A DNA stretch of 49,774 nucleotides from a virus. Lineage: Duplodnaviria; Caudoviricetes. The translations under genes and the position numbers were made by a program. The notes under the pieces are model-generated. The model searched no databases, was not told where the DNA came from, and worked only from the letters and a program-made list of their open reading frames with translations. The stretch lies in the IMG/VR virus record IMGVR_UViG_3300022741_000072, positions 1 to 49,774 of that record. One strand, given 5' to 3'. Shown piece after piece: positions 1-8,439 of the stretch (position 1 is its first letter; the number at the start of each line of letters is the position of its first letter).

Positions 1-1152
1 TTAGTCCAGCTTCTGCAATTCAGCCCAATCTGATGTTGAATTGAGCCACTTTGCGTAAGTGGAAAGGAGCATTTGTACACTGTGCCCCAGCTGGTTGGCA
101 ATGAACGCGGGGTTCATTCCAGCCATCAAGCACATGGTTGCGTAGGTGTGCCGGGTGTCGTACTGGCGTCGCTGGCGAATGCCAAGTGCCGCCATGGCCT
201 GGCGGAAATAGTCCTTGGTCGTGGAGTCTGAGCGGATCCAGTCCACGTCTTTATCCACCATCAAAGCAGGTGCGAACACGTAGCGGCTACGGCCCTCGGT
301 GATCACCAGCGCCTCGTCCAGGGCATGCAGTGCCCTGTCATTCAGCAGCACGTAGCGGTCGCGCTTCGTCTTGACCCTGTCCTTTATCTCCCCTTTCACC
401 ACCCCCCTGCAGACGTGCGCTGTGCGACCCTCGCGGTTTACCTCATCCTTCATGAGCGCAGCCTGTTCACCAGGCCGCATGCCGGAGAAGAAGGCGAACT
501 CGAACCAGCAGGCGTAGATCCGCGTCAGCCCGGTCAGATTCTCGTAAAGCCATGCAATGATTTGCTCGGCTTCTTCACGGGTGAACGGGTCGACCACCTT
601 CTTTGCCACCCTTGGCCGTGCGATTGAGGCCATAGGGTTACGGCTTATCAGCCCATCCTGCACCGCTGATTCCATGATGCTCGACATCTTGTCGCAGGCG
701 TTTCGGCGCACGCCGGCCGATGTCCATGCAGTAGTCGAAACCACACGTCGGCAATCAACCGACCCGATCTGATCGAGCCGCCAGGTAGCGAAGTTCGGCA
801 TCCAGTAGCGGTTCAGTGTGCTCTTGTAGTTGTCGCGCGTGGTTTGCACGATCTCCCTGCTATCAAGCCAGATCTGGGCATACTCACCGAAGGTGGGGAT
901 GCGGTTCTGCAGGGTGTAGCTGGAGGAAGGGAAGAGCTCGGCGTACTTCTCTTCGGTCATGACGCCGAGCTTGATCAGTTGCTTTACGTCAGCACGAAGA
1001 CGGGCTGCTTGTGCGATCCCGGCCGGCGTAGGCTGGATGGGGAGGGTTTCACAGCGCCGAGGTGGCGTGGCGCCTTTCCATGTGAAGCGGATGCGGACTG
1101 ACTTTCCGACGATTTCGACTCCGCCGGGCATTCCCACAGGCTTTCTATCCAT
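1..1152 (-). CDS. int: Phage integrase (tyrosine recombinase with N-terminal Arm-type DNA-binding domain)
   Basis: Motifs SGMRPGE, KTKR, YDTRHTYAT, QLGHS, Y in STYAKW; start MDRKP at ATG 1152 preferred over 1200. Confidence 0.95.
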   Translation of the reverse strand: MDRKPVGMPGGVEIVGKSVRIRFTWKGATPPRRCETLPIQPTPAGIAQAARLRADVKQLIKLGVMTEEKYAELFPSSSYTLQNRIPTFGEYAQIWLDSREIVQTTRDNYKSTLNRYWMPNFATWRLDQIGSVDCRRVVSTTAWTSAGVRRNACDKMSSIMESAVQDGLISRNPMASIARPRVAKKVVDPFTREEAEQIIAWLYENLTGLTRIYACWFEFAFFSGMRPGEQAALMKDEVNREGRTAHVCRGVVKGEIKDRVKTKRDRYVLLNDRALHALDEALVITEGRSRYVFAPALMVDKDVDWIRSDSTTKDYFRQAMAALGIRQRRQYDTRHTYATMCLMAGMNPAFIANQLGHSVQMLLSTYAKWLNSTSDWAELQKLD

Positions 1153-1337
1153 GCGTTGTATCTCTGTTTGCTGTACATGATGCGGCCATCGATCACGCAC
1201 CAGACGCCGCGCGGGATGATCCCGCGCTCACGCTTGCGCTCCAGGGCTTTCTTGGTTGTGCCGATCAGGGCGGCCATGGCCGCCTCATGGATCTTGTCGA
1301 ACTCCTCGAGCGGCACGACCGGCATTGGCTTGGCCAT
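984..1337 (-). CDS. Putative excisionase / HTH protein overlapping the int 5' end
   Basis: MAKPMP...AALIGTTKKALERKRERGIIPRGVW...DGRIMYS resembles phage Xis-like wHTH proteins; immediately upstream of int. Confidence 0.7.
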   Translation of the reverse strand: MAKPMPVVPLEEFDKIHEAAMAALIGTTKKALERKRERGIIPRGVWCVIDGRIMYSKQRYNAWIESLWECPAESKSSESQSASASHGKAPRHLGAVKPSPSSLRRPGSHKQPVFVLT

Positions 1338-1350
1338 GGTTGCACCCCCT

Positions 1351-1755
1351 TCAGGCCTGACGTTGGCAGGCGTTCTTGGCCCGCGCTTCGTTGGCTGAAA
1401 GCCACTCGATGAACGCGCGGGCACTGGGCAGGGTATCGAGAGTGCGGAAGATCGGGATGCGCAAGGCGTCGGCACGGGCCATCTCGCCCTTGGTGCCGGC
1501 GCTGTTCTCCCAGCCTGGCACCAGCACCACGGCGTCGCAGCGCTCCATCATTTCCATGGTGCCGCGCAGCCAGAATTCGTCGCCGAGGTCAGGCAGGTCG
1601 AGCTCCATGTGCGCAGTGTTGGCGTGCGGGATGACAGGGAACCAGCCCCGCTCAGCGGCGCTGATACCGACCAGGCGCGCCGCCTCGATATTGCTGGCAA
1701 TAGCTTCCCGTGTGGTCGCCCGGTACGGGCCGGCCACGTAGATCAATGGCTGCAT
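1351..1755 (-). CDS. DUF4406 / nucleoside 2-deoxyribosyltransferase-like protein
   Basis: IYVAGPY...PH...CDAVVLVPGWENSAGTKGE...A..L.IPIF pattern. Confidence 0.8.
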   Translation of the reverse strand: MQPLIYVAGPYRATTREAIASNIEAARLVGISAAERGWFPVIPHANTAHMELDLPDLGDEFWLRGTMEMMERCDAVVLVPGWENSAGTKGEMARADALRIPIFRTLDTLPSARAFIEWLSANEARAKNACQRQA

Positions 1756-1758
1756 GAT

Positions 1759-1965
1759 TTAGTCCTCGGCGGTGTAGTAGCTGACCGGGCCGTCTTCGCC
1801 CTGGTCGGAGTCGTTGGCGATGGTGATGAGCTGGCGGGCGATGGCTCGCAGCTGGGCTGAGGTGAAGTAGCCGCTGATGGTGGTGATGGGCGTCACGCTG
1901 GTGATGGAGACCATCGGCATCGGCCTCTGCCGCTGGCTATGCACGGCGTTCAGGGTTCGCTGCAT
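1759..1965 (-). CDS. Hypothetical phage protein
   Basis: ATG (MQRTLN) preceded by AAGGAG RBS; in the leftward operon. Confidence 0.6.
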   Translation of the reverse strand: MQRTLNAVHSQRQRPMPMVSITSVTPITTISGYFTSAQLRAIARQLITIANDSDQGEDGPVSYYTAED

Positions 1966-2050
1966 GGCGGCGGCTCCTTCGGTGGGTTGCAGCGCATGCA
2001 CTGGCATTCGGTGATGCGCCGGAGGGTGGTGCGGCAGAAGGGGATCGTCG

Positions 2051-2203
2051 TCATACCGCCCTCCATTCGTTGGCGGCCTGCCAATACACCTCCAGGGCAG
2101 CTTTGATCCCCGACCAATCACGCATCGCGTGTAGCTCGCGCAGGCGCCTGGCTGCTTGATTTACCTTGCCGCGCAGCTTGGCGCGTAGGGCTGGGCGATT
2201 CAT
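2051..2203 (-). CDS. Small hypothetical protein (50 aa, not in the ORF track)
   Basis: MNRPALRAKLRGKVNQAARRLRELHAMRDWSGIKAALEVYWQAANEWRAV; ATGA overlap with the upstream gene's stop. Confidence 0.5.
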   Translation of the reverse strand: MNRPALRAKLRGKVNQAARRLRELHAMRDWSGIKAALEVYWQAANEWRAV

Positions 2204-2559
2204 GATCCATCCCCTTGTGGCTTCACCGACTGATTCCGGCGCTCAGCAATTCCGAGCAGAAGGCGTAGGCTTTCAACGCCAAGGAATCGTTCCTCACTGG
2301 CGAGTTCCGCTAGGTCAGAGTGCAGAGCGCCGAACTCGATCCCTTCGTCATCGTTGAGGGCATTCATCTGGCGCAACTGCTTGTCGAGCCATTCGCGAGC
2401 CTCGGAGCACGGCAGGCATGTTTTGTAGGAGAAGCCCTGGCCGTCCTGCGCACCGCTGTCGCGGTCGTATTTGGTTCCCTTGGCGATCACGCCCTGGCAT
2501 TCGCAGCAGGTGTGTTCCTTGGCTGCCACCAGTGTTACCACTACGTTAAAGTCACTCAT
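2200..2559 (-). CDS. Hypothetical zinc-finger phage protein
   Basis: HTCCECQG ... KTCLPC motifs; start MSDFNV with AGGAG RBS. Confidence 0.65.
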   Translation of the reverse strand: MSDFNVVVTLVAAKEHTCCECQGVIAKGTKYDRDSGAQDGQGFSYKTCLPCSEAREWLDKQLRQMNALNDDEGIEFGALHSDLAELASEERFLGVESLRLLLGIAERRNQSVKPQGDGS

Positions 2560-2788
2560 TGCTGTTCTCCTGTGCGCGCATGTAGTCCGCCATATCTCCC
2601 ATCTGCGCGACGATGGCAGTCTCTTGGGTTGCGTGCGCAGCAATGATTTCGGCCTTACGTTTAAGGCACCGCCTGCAGTCAACCAGGCCCCAGTTATTCG
2701 TCGAATCGCCGCCGAATCCGAGCAGCGCTCCACATTCGGCAACCTCAGCTTCATCGTCCGCATACGGGTAGAAATGCATGGTCATCAC
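2552..2788 (-). CDS. Hypothetical phage protein
   Basis: Translationally coupled ORF with CRRC motif. Confidence 0.55.
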   Translation of the reverse strand: MMTMHFYPYADDEAEVAECGALLGFGGDSTNNWGLVDCRRCLKRKAEIIAAHATQETAIVAQMGDMADYMRAQENSNE

Positions 2789-3096
2789 TCGCCACCCCGC
2801 TGCTCATGTTGATTAGCAAGCATGGCGAGCATCCGGCGTTCGGCCTGAATCCGCGTGTCGTGGTCTCGGCTTACAAGATCAGCCAGCAGCTCGCGAGGCA
2901 CCCGCACCTCCCCGGAATCGCGGGCGGCGTATAGGGTTCGGCATTCATAGCTGCCGTCCTGCTGGCAGAACTCATACGATTCTGCGCCGACCTCTTCCCA
3001 GCAAACGCTTCCCTTGGTGCGAACCATGAGGACTGGCTTGCCATCACCCGTCAGGTGATCTGTGCGGCCTGGGCAGTTCGTGCATTGCTTGTTCAT
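2785..3096 (-). CDS. Hypothetical phage protein
   Basis: GAGG RBS; ATGA coupling to the next gene. Confidence 0.55.
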   Translation of the reverse strand: MNKQCTNCPGRTDHLTGDGKPVLMVRTKGSVCWEEVGAESYEFCQQDGSYECRTLYAARDSGEVRVPRELLADLVSRDHDTRIQAERRMLAMLANQHEQRGGE

Positions 3097-3203
3097 TGGT
3101 CACCTCATGGGTGTGGGATACTTGTCGCCTGCCGTCCCGGCCGCCGCATCGGGCAGGGAGGATCGGCCGGGGTGGTTTTCTGGAATGAATCGAGGGTTGG
3201 GTT

Positions 3204-3437
3204 ATGCAGTGCTACGTGTGCAGGGGTGAGGCAGAGCGGCTCTCCAGTGGTTTCGATGGAGAGCGGATCAACTGCCCTGATTGCGGGCCTTATGCGATCA
3301 GTGGATCGGCGTTGGCCGAGATGACTGCTGGTGGCCACACGATCAACACCGAAGCGACCCGCGCCTGGCTGGCGGATCAGCGTGAGCGCGTGGAGCCGGT
3401 GCCGATGATCAATACCCAGACGCGGATCTTGGGTTGA
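3204..3437 (+). CDS. Small zinc-ribbon protein, opposite orientation to the operon
   Basis: CYVC...CPDC motifs, GAGG RBS. Confidence 0.65.
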   Translation: MQCYVCRGEAERLSSGFDGERINCPDCGPYAISGSALAEMTAGGHTINTEATRAWLADQRERVEPVPMINTQTRILG

Positions 3438-3441
3438 TCAA

Positions 3442-4218
3442 TCATTGATCGAGGTAGGCGGCTATGAACTGCGTTGCCGCTTCAGCATTGATGGCGTTTC
3501 CGTAGGCGCGCAGGCGTCCACTTCGTTCGGTATCGCCATCAGCCAGCGGCTTAATGCCGGGTTCAAGTAAACGCCAGGAACCGTCGGCGCCCTCCATAGG
3601 GATCGCTCTAGCCCATGGAGACAGGCTGCATCGGTCAGCGTCACCCCGCCATGATGCCGACTTCCTTCCTTTCGACTGCTTGTCGAGTTTCGGCTTCCTA
3701 TGGCGTCCTGTGCGGTTGGAGTTGGCCACGATCCACAGCCGCTGTCGCAGGTGCGGAGCGCCGACCCCCGCAGAGCAAATATCGAACGCTGCGCAGGCGT
3801 AACCCGCACCCTCCATGTCAGCTTGAACAAGGTCGAGCCACGCGAGGCCAGCCTTGCTCGCAACCTGTTCGCCAAAGATGACGTCAGGCTTTCGCTCGCT
3901 AATGAGGTGGTGCCACGCCGGCCAAAGGTGCCGCTCATCAGCAAACCCAAGTTGTGAGCCTCCCTCGCTGAAAGGTTGGCACGGACAGGAACCCGTCCAA
4001 ACAGGTCGATCATCGGGCCAGCCGGCGCGGCGAAGTGCAAGCGACCAGACGCCGATGCCGGCGAAGAAGTGGCACTGGGTATAGGGCTTGAGGTCATCGG
4101 GATGAACATCCTGTATTGAGCGTTCGTCGACATCGCCTGGAGCGATGTGACCCCCGGCGATCAGGTTGCGCAGCCACTGGGCGGCGAATGGATCAATCTC
4201 GTTGTAGTAGGCGGCCAC
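3442..4218 (-). CDS. C5 DNA cytosine methyltransferase (alpha polypeptide)
   Basis: Motif I FFAGIG, catalytic SCPCQPFS, EQV (VI), HLRQR (VIII), YGNAI (X); GTG start after GAGGAG. Confidence 0.92.
   Translation of the reverse strand: MAAYYNEIDPFAAQWLRNLIAGGHIAPGDVDERSIQDVHPDDLKPYTQCHFFAGIGVWSLALRRAGWPDDRPVWTGSCPCQPFSEGGSQLGFADERHLWPAWHHLISERKPDVIFGEQVASKAGLAWLDLVQADMEGAGYACAAFDICSAGVGAPHLRQRLWIVANSNRTGRHRKPKLDKQSKGRKSASWRGDADRCSLSPWARAIPMEGADGSWRLLEPGIKPLADGDTERSGRLRAYGNAINAEAATQFIAAYLDQ
3462..4133 (-). CDS. Putative beta polypeptide of a two-frame C5 methyltransferase (EcoHK31I-like), nested in an alternative frame; start uncertain
   Basis: 223-codon open alternative frame with WPTPTAQD and motif IX-like LNPALSRWLMAIP, which the main frame lacks. 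Confidence 0.7.
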   Translation of the reverse strand: MSTNAQYRMFIPMTSSPIPSATSSPASASGRLHFAAPAGPMIDLFGRVPVRANLSAREAHNLGLLMSGTFGRRGTTSLASESLTSSLANRLRARLASRGSTLFKLTWRVRVTPAQRSIFALRGSALRTCDSGCGSWPTPTAQDAIGSRNSTSSRKEGSRHHGGVTLTDAACLHGLERSLWRAPTVPGVYLNPALSRWLMAIPNEVDACAPTETPSMLKRQRSS

Positions 4219-4369
4219 GGCGGCTCCTCGTGTAGCTGCTCTATTCACTCAACCCAGCAGTGAGGCCAGATGCCCAGGGCGTATTCCAGCGCTTCGTCGT
4301 GATCGCAGCGGCTGCCTACCATGGGGAAGCGCTTGCCGCATGGCAGGCATACGAACCAGCAGGCTTTGG

Positions 4370-4753
4370 TCATGAGTCGTCCTCGGTCACCGAAGCGAAG
4401 CCGCCATCGAGGTCGCGCAGGTCGGTGATGGAGATGGTGGTTTCACCGTCCGTCACGGCCCAGGTGGTGAGTTCAAGGTTTCGGAAGGTGCCGCAGAAGT
4501 GGCGGTATGCACCGAGTGCTGCTCGGCGGAATGACTTGGCGGCGACCGGGCCGATCACCAGCGCCTTACCCCCCCCCACAAGCTGGAGGTTGTAGACCGA
4601 AAGGTCTTCGATGCGCTTGACCGCTGCGCGCACTGTGCTGGGCGAGAGCGAGAAGTCTGCGGCGACTTCAGCCACCGTTTTGCCGCTGGTGGCTTGGAAT
4701 ATTTCCATGTCGCGCGCCGGGTTGCGAAGGCCGGCATAGAGGGTGGTTTGCAT
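4370..4753 (-). CDS. Hypothetical HTH protein
   Basis: GKTVAEVAADFSLSPSTVRAAV HTH-like segment; GGAG RBS. Confidence 0.65.
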   Translation of the reverse strand: MQTTLYAGLRNPARDMEIFQATSGKTVAEVAADFSLSPSTVRAAVKRIEDLSVYNLQLVGGGKALVIGPVAAKSFRRAALGAYRHFCGTFRNLELTTWAVTDGETTISITDLRDLDGGFASVTEDDS

Positions 4754-4855
4754 AGCTTTCTCCGGTGCGAGTTGGTGCCTCGCCAGTAGCGTGATTGATG
4801 GGAATGGGGTATCAGTGCGATGACGGCATGGAGCCGGTTAAAGGAGAGTTGCGAT

Positions 4856-5065
4856 ATGAGTCAGCAAGCGCAGATCGATGCTCTGGAGCATCTGCTTATG
4901 GCTGTTCTGAGAACGAACGTCATGACGCTAAATGTTGGAAAGGTATTTGAAGAAGCCGAGTCTTCGATCATGAGTAGCGATGGCCCGCCAAGTGCGGAGC
5001 AGAAGACGAAGGCCACGGAATACCTTGCACACCTGAAGAGCCCGTTCGTTCCAAAAAAACGCTAA
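4856..5065 (+). CDS. Hypothetical protein, opposite orientation
   Basis: AAGGAG RBS then ATG (MSQQAQIDALEH). Confidence 0.6.
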   Translation: MSQQAQIDALEHLLMAVLRTNVMTLNVGKVFEEAESSIMSSDGPPSAEQKTKATEYLAHLKSPFVPKKR

Positions 5066-5075
5066 GACCAAGGCG

Positions 5076-5389
5076 CTACTGGTCTTTCTGATCGAGCCGC
5101 GCAGCTTTGCGCTGGCCTTCGCGGTAGAGTTGCTGCGCCACGTTTTCGGATGGCGTGAAATCGTGGCGCGGAACTTCAAGCAGGCGGCGGGCGCCTTCAG
5201 GGCCGAGGGCGTGGGCGTTGATGATCAGGGTTTGCAGACATTCGACCATCTGACTGAAGCCGCCCCAGGCCACGAGGTCGCGCAGCATTGCGAGGATGCC
5301 CGGCCCACGCGGTGGCGAAGCTCGACCTCTCCAGCCTCTAATCGGCGCCGGGTGGTTGCGTCGTCACGATCCTTTTGGGTCTTGGCCAC
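5076..5389 (-). pseudogene. Frameshifted hypothetical phage gene (VAKTQKDRD...ELRHRV / ...GILAMLRDLVAWGG...)
   Basis: GTG start with GGAGG RBS; the N- and C-terminal halves join into one 104-aa ORF if one base is restored near 5306. Confidence 0.55.
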
Positions 5390-5828
5390 TATCACCTCCC
5401 AGCGTGATGCCATGCTTTTTGCACAGGTTGTAGACCTGCAGGTACTTGAGGCTGGTGGCTTCCGCCAGTTCGCGCATGGTGCCCACCAGCGGGGCGGCTG
5501 CGCGTACTCGGTCGGCATGGCTTGGCCGCCCGGCTTCCGCGAATGTCAGGCCGTAGTCGTCACGCAGCTTGGTGAGTACGCTGCGGCTGACGTTCATCAG
5601 CCTGGCCACTTCCGCCATGTGAAGGTGTGACAGCTTCCTTGCCTGCGCGACCAGTTCCGGCGTCCGTCGTTCCGATTCGGGCTGCCGGATGTGCTTGTGC
5701 GGCTTGAGCTTTTCGCGCTCCTGCTGCCTTGCGTACCGGCGTGGGTGCTTTAGCGGGTCGAGGGCGGCCGCACAGCCCAAGGCGGCCTGTTGCTCGGCGT
5801 GCGAGCGGAAGTGAGGCGTTGGGGTCAT
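5364..5828 (-). CDS. Hypothetical HTH-containing phage protein
   Basis: MAEVARLMNVSRSVL and MRELAEATSLKYLQVY HTH-like segments; GAGG RBS. Confidence 0.6.
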   Translation of the reverse strand: MTPTPHFRSHAEQQAALGCAAALDPLKHPRRYARQQEREKLKPHKHIRQPESERRTPELVAQARKLSHLHMAEVARLMNVSRSVLTKLRDDYGLTFAEAGRPSHADRVRAAAPLVGTMRELAEATSLKYLQVYNLCKKHGITLGGDSGQDPKGS

Positions 5829-5838
5829 GGCTGCGCCC

Positions 5839-6093
5839 TCAGTGATGCAGTTGCAGGCCGAGCTCAAGGCGTGTGGCCAGTTCGGCTGCCTCGTGCTGGC
5901 TTGGACGCCAGGCCAGCAGGCGCCCGCTATCGGCGTCGAGCACCTGCCAGTCGCTACCGCAGGCGTACAGCTGGGTGGCGCGCGGTGCTGGCTGGCGTGT
6001 ACGGGCTTCAGCAGCCATGCGGGCATGGCCGGTCTGGCGCAGCGCGTCGAGCAGTTCGGCGATTAATTCGCGGGCTTTGGTGAAGGCGTTCAT
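5839..6093 (-). CDS. Hypothetical protein coupled to the RT stop codon
   Basis: ATGA overlap with RT stop; GAGG RBS. Confidence 0.6.
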   Translation of the reverse strand: MNAFTKARELIAELLDALRQTGHARMAAEARTRQPAPRATQLYACGSDWQVLDADSGRLLAWRPSQHEAAELATRLELGLQLHH

Positions 6094-7337
6094 GTGTCAC
6101 CTCGCTTGCGGTAGGTCTGGGTAAGGGCTGCGTTTACGGTGTGGCCGCGGCGCAGCAGCAGGCGCGCGAGCTGCGCGCGGTCGTGGCGGCTGGAGGTGGC
6201 CTGCCCGAGCAGGCCGAAGTAGCTGTTGGCAGTTGCCAGCAGCTCGTCGTCAGGTGCGGCGGCGATGCGCCGCTGCGCTTCGGCAACGGTCTTGCGGCGC
6301 GTGGTGCGGCGCCAGGGCTTGATCACCTGGCCTACGAAGTCGACGCCGCGCGCGACGGGCTGCAGGATGGTTTTCGTTGGGTTGAGACGCGCGCCTAGCG
6401 TCGGCAGGAAGGCCTCTATCTCTGCGAGCCAAGCGTTGAGCTGTTGCGGTGATTCGTGCAGCAGTACGAAGTCGTCCACGTACCTGATGTAGTGCCGCGC
6501 CTTGAGCTCGTGCTTTGCGAACTGATCCAGGGCGTTCAAGTAGACGTTGGCGAAGAACTGGCTAGACAGGTTGCCGATGGGTAGCCCGAGGTGTGCTGGC
6601 TGAGCAGTCAGGCGCTTGTGCTGTGGAACCCGGTTCAGCAGGTGAATCGGGCAGCGCATGCTGACGTTCTCGCGCGGGTCGTGCCACAGGATTTGCAGCG
6701 CCAGGCGTCGCCACCAGGGCTCGTCGATCAGTCGCCGTAGCTGGCGATCCAGCACGCGCTTGTCGATGGCGACGAAGAAGTTGGCCAGGTCTGCCTTCAG
6801 GTAGTGGCAGGGGCGCGCCCAGTTCTGCGTCGCACTGCGCACCTTGGCCTCCAGCCGCTTGGCAGCGTAGAGGGTGCCGCGCCCTGGGATGCAGGCGCAG
6901 CTGTCGGCGATGAATGTCGACTCGATGCCGGCGCCGATCTGGTTGTACAGCAGGTGGTGCACGATGCGGTCACGGAAGTCAGCGGCCCACACTTCGCGCG
7001 CCTTTGGCCGGGTGACCACAAAGCATATCGAGCGGCCTGGCTGGTAGGTGCCGGCCAGCAGCTCGTCGTGCAGGTCGAGCAGGTTGGTTTCCATGGCCTG
7101 TTCGAACTGCCGCGCGCTGTTGGTGTTGCGCTTGTTGCGGCGGCAGTCGTAGTAGGCCTGCACCAACTGCTCGAAGGTGAAGGGTGCAACCGTTGGATCT
7201 GCGGACGAGCGGGGCGAAGCGCTCGAAGTTCTTGTCGTTGTATGTCTGCCAGCCAACCTCGAAGACCATGATGTAGGCGCTGTAGGCGGAACACTGCGAC
7301 CTGCCGTGCTATCTACGTCGCCAGGGCGATTGCTCAC
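6090..7337 (-). CDS. DGR reverse transcriptase (start codon uncertain)
   Basis: KAREVWAADFRDRIVHH, KADLANFF, GLPIGNLSSQFFAN (DGR IGxxxSQ motif), RYVDDF, GVDFVG. Confidence 0.95.
   Translation of the reverse strand: MSNRPGDVDSTAGRSVPPTAPTSWSSRLAGRHTTTRTSSASPRSSADPTVAPFTFEQLVQAYYDCRRNKRNTNSARQFEQAMETNLLDLHDELLAGTYQPGRSICFVVTRPKAREVWAADFRDRIVHHLLYNQIGAGIESTFIADSCACIPGRGTLYAAKRLEAKVRSATQNWARPCHYLKADLANFFVAIDKRVLDRQLRRLIDEPWWRRLALQILWHDPRENVSMRCPIHLLNRVPQHKRLTAQPAHLGLPIGNLSSQFFANVYLNALDQFAKHELKARHYIRYVDDFVLLHESPQQLNAWLAEIEAFLPTLGARLNPTKTILQPVARGVDFVGQVIKPWRRTTRRKTVAEAQRRIAAAPDDELLATANSYFGLLGQATSSRHDRAQLARLLLRRGHTVNAALTQTYRKRGDT
7198..7298 (-). repeat. DGR template repeat (TR) by position; atypically adenine-poor
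   Basis: CAG TGT TCC GCC TAC AGC GCC TAC ATC ATG GTC TTC GAG GTT GGC TGG CAG ACA TAC AAC GAC AAG AAC TTC GAG CGC TTC GCC CCG CTC GTC CGC AGA; colinear and ungapped with both VRs, 18 mismatches to each over 99 nt. Confidence 0.9.
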
Positions 7338-7442
7338 CCAGGAAACTGCGCGAGACCAGCCCGAACGCTTTAGATCGGCGGTATCTCTGCTGCGCTTGGC
7401 GGTGGCCGGATGGCCAGCGGCACGACCAGATTCAGCGCGCAG

Positions 7443-7466
7443 GCATGAGGGCCGTAACCCTCATGC
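7443..7466. other. Perfect 9-bp hairpin over the avd stop codon (possible 5' boundary of the DGR RNA)
   Basis: GCATGAGGG-CCGTAA-CCCTCATGC. Confidence 0.55.
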
Positions 7467-7820
7467 AACGGGCGCGGTTGCGGTGATGCTCTTTTTCCAG
7501 GCGTTGGCCTGGCGGCCGATGCTGGCGGTTGCCTGCATGGTCTTGGCGTGCTGCCCCTTGGCGATCACGCCCTGGTTGGTGAGGGCGCGCAGCAGGTAGT
7601 TGATCATCCAGATGCTTTCGAGCAACTGGTTGAGGTGGGGCAGCTTGTCGCGCGCCATGTTGGCGCGGCCGATAAGCACCATGACCTGCAGGCACTCATC
7701 GCGAAGTTTGGCGCCGACCACTTGCTTGAGGTCGCGCGGGATGTTGCGCACGAGATTCAGGATGATGCCGAGCAGTTCTTCGGCGACCTTGTGAATCTGC
7801 AGCTCCGTGTGCATGGCCAT
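7461..7820 (-). CDS. avd: DGR accessory variability determinant (four-helix bundle)
   Basis: 119-aa basic helical protein with C-terminal SIGRQANAWKK (cf. Avd EIGRxxGGW); between target gene and TR; AAGGAGG RBS. Confidence 0.88.
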   Translation of the reverse strand: MAMHTELQIHKVAEELLGIILNLVRNIPRDLKQVVGAKLRDECLQVMVLIGRANMARDKLPHLNQLLESIWMINYLLRALTNQGVIAKGQHAKTMQATASIGRQANAWKKSITATAPVA

Positions 7821-7935
7821 CCTGGCCTCCTTGTGGTGGTGTGCAGGCGGCCGGCGCTGCCCGGCATGCTTCTGGTCTGGCTGGCTGCTCCAGCCCCGGA
7901 ATCACCTGCGGTGAAAGAATCAATGAATCAGTGGA

Positions 7936-8409
7936 TTACTGAATTAGAACGCCGCGGACGAGCGGGGCGACGCGCTCGCCGTCCTTGTCGTAGTAGTACT
8001 GCCAGCCACCCTCGAAGTCCAAGCCGTAGGCGACGTTGGCGGAACACTGCGTGCTCAACCAGCAATAGCGATCCTCGCGCAGTGTGACCAGACCCTCGGT
8101 CTTTGCTGCCATCAGCAGGTGCGCTTCCAGGCACGCCGGGATGTGGCCACCCAGCTCCAGCGCCTGCTTGGCGATTTCGCTGCCGGCTTCGGCCATGGCG
8201 CGGGTGTTCTTCTCGCCGTCGGTGTAGCTGGTGGCGCCTTCGATGTCCTGGCCGTACTCGCCGTAGGTGCCCTGCACCTCGCCTGGCAGCAGGATCAGCG
8301 CGCGCTGTTCGTTGCCGATGAAGTAGCGGGCGACGAAGATGCCGTCGTCCAGCGGCTTGCCGCGCTCGGGAAGATCCGTCACGAGGATAGTGCGTTGTGC
8401 TTGGTTCAT
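7936..8409 (-). CDS. DGR target protein 1 (CLec-fold / DUF1566-like, 157 aa)
   Basis: DGEKNTRAMAEAGS...IPACLE...WLSTQCSA...ERVAPLVR C-terminus contains VR1; ATG with GGAG RBS. Confidence 0.88.
   Translation of the reverse strand: MNQAQRTILVTDLPERGKPLDDGIFVARYFIGNEQRALILLPGEVQGTYGEYGQDIEGATSYTDGEKNTRAMAEAGSEIAKQALELGGHIPACLEAHLLMAAKTEGLVTLREDRYCWLSTQCSANVAYGLDFEGGWQYYYDKDGERVAPLVRGVLIQ
7951..8051 (-). repeat. Variable repeat VR1
   Basis: Encodes QCSANVAYGLDFEGGWQYYYDKDGERVAPLVRG; ungapped match to TR. Confidence 0.92.
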
Positions 8410-8439
8410 TGGGTTGCTCCGGGGTCGATTTGAAGGCGT

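Noticed and set aside
6979-7269. 96-aa ORF MVFEVGWQTYNDKNFERFAPLVRR as a third target gene
   Set aside because: It is the TR read in the VR frame, with no upstream CLec body and no RBS, and it overlaps RT.
6090-7337. RT as a group II intron, retron or Abi RT
   Set aside because: The IGxxxSQ motif, adjacent avd and TR/VR repeats identify a DGR; no maturase/endonuclease domain or retron VTG motif was seen.
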